DNA of 64,000 nucleotides from Felis catus (taxonomy: Eukaryota). The stretch lies in the NCBI RefSeq assembly GCF_018350175.1, contig NC_058369.1, forward strand, positions 15,130,001-15,194,000, read 5' to 3'. Below the pieces are notes generated by a model. It searched no databases, was not told the DNA's origin, and saw only the letters and a program-made list of their open reading frames with translations. This document shows positions 49,900 to 60,229 of this stretch, one piece after another (within the stretch, counting starts at the first letter, position 1; the number at the start of each line of letters is the position of its first letter). The position numbers were made by a program, and so were the translations under genes.

Positions 49900-52800
49900 G
49901 GTGTCTTTGCCGTCCTCCCTCTAGTGCCGATTCCACGCGCCCTTTCTCTTTAGCGGCATCTCAACTGGACAGAGTTCTTGACCCCAGCGAGTGAGGTGCC
50001 CCAAACCGCGACTTTTGAGGAAGCGGGGTCCTTGTGGTCTTCCTTGGGTGGGGGTGTCGAAGCCTTCCATTACCTTTTTTTTTTTTTTTTTAATTTCTTT
50101 ATTTTTATTTTTATTTTTATTTTTGGGACAGAGAGAGACAGAGCATGAACGGGCGAGGGGCAAAGAAAGAGGGAGACACAGAATCGGAAACAGGCTCCAG
50201 GCTCTGAGCCATCAGCCCAGAGCCCGACGCGGGGCTCGAACTCACGGACCGCGAGATGGTGACCTGGCTGAAGTCGGATGCTTAACCGACTGCGCCACCC
50301 AGGCGCCCCTCCTTTTTTTGTTTCAGATACTGGGCCTGACTTCACCAGGTGTTCCCCTCCCTGTCATGTAGGCAGTATTGCTCCCAGGCCTGTTATTTAT
50401 ATAACAGCACCTGTCACTGCAGCCTACTGCCAACCATTGACATGGACAGGTGGCAGCCGCGGTCCTCAATACAATGGCACCATTCTCTCGCCTTCCTTCT
50501 TGGGCGTAAGCCCTCAAAGCCAACAGAGAGCAGTGGCAGAAATAACATATCCATCAGGACTCCAGCAGGAAACTGAGTTCAACTCCCCTGATTTAGAAAG
50601 GGAAGAGACTTTGGTGGGGAACCAGTTATAGAAGGAAGGTAGGGTTAGGGGGCCTGATGCAGGATGTGGAGGCGCACAGAGACTAACACAGAGCAGGAAG
50701 CAGGTACCACCCCTTGGCTTGAAGGGGTGAGGGGAGGAAAGGGTATACCTGAGCCCAGGAGCGTGGAGCTGAGGTGGGATCACCAGGCAACAGCCATATT
50801 GTGGGGAAAAGTAGCCCTGAGCAGATACAACACCAAAGCTTGGAGAGAGTGGGGAAGAAGTACGCTGCTCCCTCTTTCCTCTGGCTTCCACTGAGTTGCT
50901 TGTGCTGTCCCTTGGCTGATCCAGAGACTATCCAGTGTGGGAGGTCCAGAGAGACAGTCTGAAGGGCTAGAGCAGGGCAGGAAGTGGGAGGGTGGTCTGG
51001 GAAAATAAAAACAGAACAACCAATACGTAGGAAATAAAAGCGTTTGCAAGTGGGTGGTTAGGTGTCGTAACAAGAGATGCCATCCGACTACCCACCTGGT
51101 TGCCTAGAGCCATGTATTCTGCTTGTGCAACACCCAGCCCCGTGTGCTGGTTTCTAGCGCAAAGCATAGACTCAAGCAACAGATCAGCAGCCCAACCTTG
51201 CAAGGGGATTTCTCCAGCCAACACTGTCACTGAGTCTTTATTAAACGTTTTAACCTGTAAGACCAGCGAATGCCGTATTTTCCATCTTGCATCCTTATTT
51301 CTTTCACTCTAAAATAAATTCCTTGCTGGGATGCGGTGTGGTGTGGAACACCTCGCTGTGGGGGCATTCAGTAAGTCTACTGATGATGTCGCTGGAAGAA
51401 ACATGGAAGGCAAATTCAAATCCAGAGTGGGCTTTTGTTACCTGAGGGCAAATCATTGTCCCCTTCAAGATGGAAGGGGGCCAGCGCAAACAACCTCCCA
51501 CGGGGCACCTGGCTATTCTGGTCGAGTAGGTGCCATATCAGGTGCCCAGCAATGGTCTTTGCTGCCGGCAAGTAGGGAAACAGTAGTGGCAGTAGCCAGG
51601 TTAGCTTGGTGAGAAGGAGTCTCTGTTGTCGAGTTCACGTATGATCTGTGTCAGTTCCAACACGGTCGCTTTGTCTGAGAGCCCAGTAGGGTGGCAGAGG
51701 TGATTGATAGCCATAGTCAGATTAGCCGTCTTGCTTTTGAAAGCCTCCTCCCCAGAAGAGCCTTTTTCAACTATTCACATGAGACACAACATCACCACAC
51801 ATCGCACCCATTCTAAGAGGCCCGTTCCAACAACCTCCCCCCAACGAATTTGCTTGACACTGATCCTCTACTGTTGTCCCTTCTGAATTTCTGGCCAATT
51901 AGCCAAACCATTAGCCATAGACCAGGGATCGAGATGGATGCATTCCCCTGGCCATCTTTCCTTCCAGGAAAAGTAGATAACTTGAAGTTCTTTCCTCTGG
52001 GCGTTTTTCCTTCTTATTGTCCTTCAAAGCCACCACGTCCACTGTGCCTGCTTTTACAGCTTGGTATAACAGATAATATCCAATTATTCATGGGAAGTTC
52101 AGACATAATGATACTTGGTGCCATTCAGTCATGCGTTCGGTCTCTACTAAAGCTCAGAAGCAAGACAAGTATTGTTTCTCAAAAGGCAAATGGTTGTCTG
52201 GGAAGAAGACTTGGTTCTTCTCTTAAGCTCTTGGGCTTACACTAGAATTATCCTGTTGGTTGATGCTTTACGTGGCATCGCGGTCCACCACACCCAGGGT
52301 GAGCAAGGTTGGATCTCCTGGGCCATTAGCTCTAAGAGACACCGACCTTCTTACACACAGCTGGCATTAGCTGGAGAGCCGATTCTTGCCCTGGGCCTCA
52401 CTCAAAGCTGGTAGCCTTTTGGGTCACTTGGTTAATGAGTTGGAGAAACGCATCCCATCGTACTATATTTCCTCCTAAACAAAATGAAGCCCAATGAATA
52501 TTACACCTTGTTCTTAGTGTTGGGCACAACTACTTGCCTTTCACCTCAAAGGAGCTGTCGCATCATTTCCCAGATTACCGTATCCCCAGAAACTTCACCC
52601 AGGTGTCAGGATCTAGTACTCTCATGAGATTTCTCTCTCACCTTCTGGCATGCCTGTGTCAGCAAAGCCTCTGGAACACTATCTACCTCCTGCTTTTTTA
52701 GATTCTAGAAGCATGATATTATTAGTGGAGCATATGATGTCTTGCAGGATGGCAAAACAAGCAAGATCCCTATAGACTAAATTATGTTCCAGAGCGAGAA

Positions 52801-55800
52801 AGTTGACACAGCCCTGAGGCAAATGATGAAGGTAGACTGCTGTCCCTGCCAAGTGAAAACAAACCACTTCTGGGTTTTCTCTGTTTATTAGGATAGGGAA
52901 CATTTTCCCCCCACTAGATGAACGGCTACAGTTCCAGAAACTATGTTTATTGGCTAATTAAAGATCTATGTTTGAACAGTAGTTACAGTTGGGGTCCTCT
53001 CCTAACTAAGCTTATGATAATTTGTCTTTATCCAAGACCCATTTTTTTTTTTCAACGTTTATTTATTTTTGGGACAGAGAGAGACAGAGCATGAACGGGG
53101 GAGGGGCAGAGAGAGAGGGAGACACAGAATCGGAACCAGGCTCCAGGCTCCGAGCCATCAGCCCAGAGCCTGACACGGGGCTCGAACTCACGGACCGCGA
53201 GATCATGACCTGGCTGAAGTCTGACGCTTAACCGACTGCACCACCCAGGCGCCCCCAAGACCCATTTTTAAATCTGTAAATTCGTTGTTAAGTTGGTGAG
53301 TTAAATGGGGGATACAATAGAATCAATACCCCCTACATCTTCCACATATTTGAATTTTTTAATATTAATTTTTAATTCATATTAACTGATTTTGTTAATC
53401 CTCTCATAGACGTAGACTTGTTTTTTGGTTCATAATTTTGGAAGGCAAGAGAAGCTCTGGGACCTCCCTCATGGCCCTTCTTACTACAATTACCTTGCAT
53501 CGAAGGTCGGAGAGTCAGTGTGGGGATTCTTCTTCTTGATAAATATGTGTATTCCAACTATATACTCAGGAACTGGAAATTAACCATTATGTGCCAAGAT
53601 AGAAGTGTGTAAGATATCAGCAGGCTGACTGGGAAGGACTGGTTCTTTCTGGTTCCGAAAACCCATCATGGAGTCCTGGGTCCCTCAGAGTAGGTGTCCA
53701 ACTCTCCTCAAATGGTCTGATGATTTCCCTTTTCCCAGAACATAGTTATTCTGGGGAATGACCACAGGTCCCTCTGGGAAGTGGTGATTGCAAAGCACGT
53801 GGGGGACTTGAGGTTTGGATTTTGGCATGAAAGTAACCTCTTTAGGTGACATCATCACAGGGCCTCAAGCAAGACAAGAAGAGCCTCTTCAAACTGGGGA
53901 AGAAGAGGTACTTTCTGGCAAGAGGGCATTAATGGAGCTTAGTACCTTTCTCACTAAAGTGTCCAGTGCAACCGGAGGAAGACAGTAATAAGGTATAAAA
54001 CATAATGTACATGCCTTTCTTTCTTTTATTTTTTAATGTTTATTTACATTAAATAATGTAAATATTTACAGAGCGTGAGTGTGAGCGGGGTAGAGAGAGA
54101 CACACACACACAGAAACTGAAGCAGGCTCCAGGCTCTGAGCTGTCAGCAGAGAGCCTGACGTGGGGCTCGAACCCACGAATCGTGAGATCATGACCTGAG
54201 CTGAAGTTGGTGCTTAACGGACTAAGCCACCAGGCGCCCCATATAATGCACATGCTTTTGATATTATCACATTATCAAGGGGCCCTGAGTCTTCTAAATA
54301 ACTCAGACCTGGGAACTTCTCCAGTGGCTCAAGTTAAGCTCCAGTTGGCCAAGCTAAAAGTTTGGGGTTATAATGCCAAATAGGATCGTAGCTGCCAGCC
54401 TATTTGAATCCATAGACCCCACGATCGCTTGGCTACTCCAAAAATCTCTTTGGTCACACTACCCTGAGTGGTACCCCAGCCTCTCTGCTGACTGCTGTAA
54501 CCCTGAAGCATCTTCTAGTAGCTGGTGCCAGCTCTGTATCCCTTCAACCCCCCTGACATTAGGGAGCCCATTTTAATGCAGTCTCTCCCACTAGCACATC
54601 CAATCTTACTCAGGTAGGAGCGACAGTGGCACCTTCCAAAGTCTCTGATTCTCTCCTTACGAATGTAATTCTCAATACTTTGGCAAGGAGAGTATCTTCA
54701 GGGTCCTTTCAAGGTGCATAATTAGGGAATAAGTAAGCAGATCTTGTAGAATTAATCCAGCCCAACATTTATAGCTCTTTCCTCTACATCAGAGCTTCAC
54801 AACCTTGGGTATACATTTTAATCAGCTGAGGAGCTCTGAAAAAATACTGATGGCTGGGCCGGATCCACGGGGATTCCGATTTAATTGGTCTGGGCGGCAA
54901 CCATGGCCTCACTATTTTGAAAAGCACCTTGGGTGCTTCTAATGTGCAGCCAGGCTTAGGAGTTGTTGTCCGACATTATGCCATGGGATTTCTGGAACTC
55001 CGTCTTATGTTGGCTGTCAACGAATCCAGGATTAAGTCAACCGATCAATTACAAAGAGTGATTAGAACTGCAACCCATTGCTCAAGATAGCCCGTCAAAC
55101 ACAAAATCTCTGGTCAGAGTCTTCCTATTGACAAATGCAGCCTATTCACATGATGGTCCTCCCTCCCTGGTCTTCCGAGTTAATTTCCACACACGCCTCC
55201 CTGCTTCTTTCTGGCATAAATTAGCAATTTCTTGCAATTCTTTTAATGTGGATGACTTTTCTTCCCAGGTTTGACTTTGTGGTTGGCCTTCTGTGACTGT
55301 TGGGGTCTGATTCTCCTTATAGGTCTTAAGACAATCTTCGGGGGTGGCAGAGGGGGAAGGGGACTTGGAGAGATTTGGAGTTCCCCCCACAGAGTAACTT
55401 CGGTGGGTGGGGCATTCCAGGGCCTCAAAAGTAGGGCAGGGAGAGCGTCTCCATACGAGGAAGGAAGAGAACACTGTTCTAATAAGGGCAGGGTAGCAGG
55501 GTTTGGTGCTCCTCTTGTCAAGCTGTCCAGGGTACTGAGAAGCAGACGGGTTATCCCCACTGACCCCGAATTCCTCACACTTTTCATACCATTTAATGGC
55601 AGCACAGTCAGATCCCTGTGAACTTTGTCTTCAGTGTGTTCTTCAGGGCGACCCCCGGAAATGACTGAGGTCACCGTTTTTAAGACTCGTGGCTTGGACC
55701 GCCAGGTCTCATTCCTTCACGCTGGCCAGCTCTCCAGTGCCATTCCTGGGTCAGATAGTCAAAGTCACTTTCCTCCCCAAGGTTCTGTAGCTGGCAACAA

Positions 55801-55812
55801 CTTCTGGTCCCA
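49900..55812 (-). mobile_element. Decayed ERV-L internal region (gag-pro-RT-IN-dUTPase) with younger insertions
   Basis: Minus-strand remnants: gag ELQEIANLCQKEAGRRVWK (~55200); RT LPQGCVNFLALEHNLVYRDL...NNIML (52679-52903; ERV-L LPQGYINSPALCHNLVRRDL...YIDDIML); IN GPLPS...HSGFEFAF...RLTEC (~51330-51500); dUTPase MVPLY*GPRLPPVH (~50440-50515); degenerate Leu-PBS-like site ~55795-55812. Confidence 0.85.
50074..54970. mobile_element. Insertions inside the ERV-L: - SINEs 50074-50307, 53040-53255, 54025-54240; LTR33-like ~50560-50960; MER5A1 ~54790-54970
   Basis: SINE bodies with TSDs (e.g. aagacccattttt); MER5A1 text aaccttgggtatacatt...gatttaattggtctggg...ttctaatgtgcagccagg. Confidence 0.75.
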
Positions 55813-56720
55813 ATGTCTGGATAAGTCAGGTGTCCGATGGTGAAAAGCTGACCCTGACTAAGTCGCAAAGGTGTTTATTAAAAACACATTACTGTAGGGG
55901 CGCCTGGGTGGCGCAGGTGTCTGATGGTGAAAAGCTGACCCTGACTAAGTCGAGAAGGTGTTTATTAAAAACACATTACTGTAGCTCCCAACAGTGTCAG
56001 GAAGGCTAGAGAATCACGCTCAAGGTTAAACTTCCAGAATCACCATGCAGAATTGACCTGCTAAGGACATCACCGCCTCTGGCATTCAAGGAATCCCCAC
56101 CCACCACCGAGGCAACTTCTTGGTGTGCCCATGTACCCATGGCTCCCATGGTTACTGACCCTGAAAGCCAGATGCCCCCGCCACCATCCTGTGGATGGTT
56201 CTGGATGTAGCCTCCTTCTTTCTATGGCTCATTTCTGAAATCAAATCTCAGACAGATGAGCCCAAGAATTGGCATAGAGGTTGTGTGCCTGTGCCTCAGC
56301 AGCAAAGGAGGCTGGGGAGCTGAGATTTCTGAGTTTTACCCTCTATGGGCAGGATTCAGAAGGCTGGAATATGAGATTTATCTGAAAGCATTGGCTTATG
56401 TGATTGTGGGGGCTGGCAAGTCTGAAATCCTTGGGGCGGTCTAGCAGGCTGGAAACTTCCAGGCACGTGCTGGTACAGCAGTCTTGACGTAGAAGTTTTT
56501 CCTCCTCAGGGAAACTTCAGTTTTGCTTTTAAGGACTTTCCGTTGACTAGGTGAGGATCACTCATTCTATCAAAGATAATCTCCTTTACTTAAGGTCAAC
56601 TGATTCTAGATGTTAAGCACGTCTGTAAACTACCTCCACAGCGATGCCTCGATAAGCGTTCGATTGAATAACTGAGTACCAGAGCCTAGCCAAGGTGACA
56701 CGTAAAACTAACTGTCACCA
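55813..56720 (-). mobile_element. ERV-L class LTR sequences: putative 5' LTR ~55813-56350 and MLT2-like LTR ~56365-56720
   Basis: Minus-strand AATAAA next to the PBS-like site; MLT2 hallmarks gcattggcttatgtgattgtgggggctggcaagtctgaaatc and gcctagccaaggtgacacgtaaaactaactgtcac. Confidence 0.65.
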
Positions 56721-57204
56721 CTGGTTATTTCCCCAAATTAGCAGTGGAGTTCAAAAGATACTGGGAAAAAATTAAAAGAAGTAAGATATAATAAAATCAT
56801 GCTCCCCCCCCACCCCAAATGTGCCGGGTAGCCAAAAGACATAGCAAGTGTTTAAAACATACCCCACACTCAGCACTACAGGGGAGATGGTGATGATGAG
56901 GATTTACCACCACGATAAGCATTTGTTGGGCTCCTAGCATCTCACTGTCTCCTTTAATGCTTACAATAATTCCGTAAAGCGGTTATGATCATCTCCATGT
57001 TATCAATAAGGAGTCCGAGGCTCTGTAAGATCAGTTCACGGTCACAGTCAGACAGATAGAGGGAGAGAGGAGTGAGGTCCTCTCTGCTGGATTCCAGGGT
57101 CCATTGCTGTCCGCCCTACAAGCTGCCTCTCTGTCATATGGAGCCATGTGGGCAATTTAACCAATCCTCAGTATTTGTACTCAGGAGGGGGAAGAGGGAA
57201 ATTG

Positions 57205-57640
57205 GTGAAAGCAGTGATTTTCCCACTTTAACGCACATGAGAGTCCCCTGGCGTGGCTATGAAAACACAGATTCCTGGACCCCCCCCAACAGAGATTGTG
57301 GTCTAGTGGGTCGGAAGTAAGACCTGAGATTCTGCATTTTTTTAAAAATTTTTTTTCAATGTTTTTATTTATTTTTGGGACAGAGAGAGACAGAGTATGA
57401 ACGGGGGAGGGGCAGAGAGAGAGGGAGACACAGAATCGGAAACAGGCTCCAGGCTCTGAGCCATCAGCCCAGAGCCCGACGCGGGGCTCGAACTCACGGA
57501 CCGCGAGATCGTGACCTGGCTGAAGTCGGACACTTAACCGACTGCGCCACCCAGGCGCCCCGAGATTCTGCATTTTTAACAAATTCCCAGATGCCGCTGA
57601 TGCTGCTGGTCTGGGACCAAACTCCCGAGTAGCAGTGGGA
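57205..57640. mobile_element. MER5A interrupted by young - SINE (~57340-57560)
   Basis: MER5A halves are collinear across the SINE; TSD gagattctgcattttt. Confidence 0.88.
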
Positions 57641-58329
57641 TAAAGAAATTCACACATAAGGCAAGCATCTCTCTCCTGTGAGAACTTTAACAGCAACATC
57701 TATAAATAGCAAACTGGCGTGGCGTCTCTCCTCTCTTGCCTAGAGCTGACAGTGAAATGATCAGAAGTCAATGGGGTACCAAGGAAGAGAAGAGGCAACA
57801 AAGGACAGCCTGCTAATCTCTTGTCAAAAAAGAGCGGGCTGTGAGAGAGAGAGAACTGGATTTCAGTTTTGTGAGCCCTTCCATAAGCCTGCAAACGCTC
57901 TGGGTTCTTGCTCTGACAGACCCCTGGGAAGAGTTGACGTGGCGCCATTTTTCCCCTGGAGGAAATTCAAGGCTGAGGTTCAGACCTTGGAGCAGAAGAG
58001 AGGAAGGGCTCAGCACAGGTGGGGCCTGCGGCCGTCTCACTTGTACCAAATTCTGCCCAAGTACATGCTGGCCACAGGCAAGGAGACCCCATTGCTCTCT
58101 CCCGGCAGCCTTCACTCGGTAGGGGATTTAAGACCTGGTCCCGAGAGGTACCAGAAGTGAATGAGAATTCAGAAAATGAGAAATGAGTTCCAGTTCCATC
58201 CCTTAAGTTCTGAAACGTCTCTGAGTCTCAGTTTTGTCACCTGCGAAATGGGGTGATAATACTGCCTTACAGAGAAAGGTTTCAGTGAGTAGCTATAAGA
58301 TTTTACATTGCTTTGCTGCCTCATTTCCC

Positions 58330-58559
58330 TTTTTTTTATTTTTTAGTTTTTTTAATTGTTTATCTATTTTTGAGAGAGAGAGAGAGAGAGAGAGAGAGCA
58401 GGCAAGGGGCAGAGAGAGAGAGGGAGACACAGAAGCCAAAGCAAGTTCCAGGCTCTGAGCTGTCAGCACAGAACCCGATGCGGGGCTAGAACTCAGGAAC
58501 CGCGAGATCACGACCTGAGCTGAAGTCGAACACAACCTACTGAGCCACCCAGGCGCCCC
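58330..58559 (-). mobile_element. CAN-SINE
   Basis: Reverse full-length body. Confidence 0.92.
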
Positions 58560-59754
58560 TACCTTGTTTCCTTTTTTAAAAATTTTGTGCGACTGATAGG
58601 AAAATTGAGTAGACGTTGTGGTCCTCCTTCCTCTGGGAAGAGGAAGAGGGATCACTTCCAGATCCCTTAAGGATTTGGAAAGCCGGGACTTGATCAAACC
58701 CCTGGCTAAATACCAAACGACGTAATGAAGAGGGTTTCCGGGTTCTCTGGAAAGCAAGGCTGGAGCAAAGATGAAATCATGGATGTTATTTGAGAAATGC
58801 CGAGGCTGGAGTGGTGAGAGCGACGAGGAAGGGGCGGTGGGAAAGAAAAGAGAGAAAACAACATGGCGCGACTCGTTATCACACCGGATACGACCTCTAG
58901 AGGCTGAGAAGGGACAGAGCAGGTAACCTAGTAGGCGCGTTTGTTCAGCACATGGGACTTCTCCAAAGAATTACAGGGAAGAGCTACCATTTACAGTCAC
59001 CCATGGAAGACAGGAAGGAGTGCAGGTTAGTCTATTTGGCTCTTCCAATTACTTGTTCCCTTGGTCAGAGTTCACCTCACAGGGACTTGTTCCCCCTGCC
59101 CCCCACCCCTGCCGTTCTGCAGTTGATCATCTGGCCCCATGGTGGCCACCCCGGGGACTCTGCAGTTCTAAGCCTGAAAGTGGAAGGTGACCCTGAATCA
59201 GTTAAGTGGCCGAGGGATGCAGGGCTCTCATGGGCCAGACTTGGGTCACATGGCCAACCCAGGATGAGTCCCACTTAAGCCAATGATTAATAAGTATACG
59301 GGATGAGATTCCATAGGAAATGTGGAGTGAGGATTTCAGAAGGAGGACAATGGGATCGGGGCAACCTAAACAACAGGTTCATGTTTCAGTGGAGCTCAGA
59401 GCCATCCCCGGTGCTCTGACAAGGGTGGGTCACAACACACTGCGGGGAACCCAGACGTGCTGCACACGGATCCCGACCTGGAGAGTTCCAGTTCCGTCAT
59501 GTGACCCCTACCATGTTTTACTCTCCTTGGTGATATATCTACCAAGCTGTTCCCTCAGGATGCTTTCCATTCTCTCTGTGCCCTGTTCCTGATCTTCTCA
59601 TGTTAAAGGTGAGGCCCAGGACTCCCCTGCTCCCAAAGTTCCTGATCGTCGATTCCCATCCACTTCTCCAGTTTATCCCAGAACCTTAGTAATAACGTAA
59701 AACGAACACCCTAAACCTTAGAACCGGAGTTCCCATCAAGATCAGGTTTGGTGT

Positions 59755-60210
59755 TGGGATGCCTGGGTGACGCAGTTGGTTAAGTGTCTGACTCTGGATT
59801 TCGGCTCAGGTCACGATCTCATGGTTCGTGGGATCGAGTCCTGCGCTGGGCTCGCGCTGACAGCCCGGGGCCTGCTTGGGATTCTCTCTCTCCCTCTCTC
59901 TCTGCCCCTCCCTTGCTCACACTCCGTCTCTCTCAAAATAAGTAAACATTAGGGGCGCCTGGGTGGCGCAGTCGGTTAAGCGTCCGACTTCAGCCAGGTC
60001 ACGATCTCGCGGTCCGGGAGTTCGAGCCCCGCGTCGGGCTCTGGGCTGATGGCTCGGAGCCTGGAGCCTGTTTCCGATTCTGTGTCTCCCTCTCTCTCTG
60101 CCCCTCCCCCATTCATGCTCTGTCTCTCTCTGTCCCAAAAATAAATAAACGTTGAAAAAAATATATTAAAAAAAAATAAAATAAAAAAATAAGTAAACAT
60201 TAAAAAAAAG
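59755..60210 (+). mobile_element. Older SINE (59755-59950) with a young SINE (59952-~60185) inserted in its tail
   Basis: TSD aaaataagtaaacatta on both sides of the inner element. Confidence 0.92.
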
Positions 60211-60229
60211 ACTACATTTGGTGTCTAAC

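Noticed and set aside
52679..52903. Functional reverse transcriptase gene
   Set aside because: Catalytic YxDD is lost and surrounding frames are broken by stops, frameshifts and insertions; fossil only.
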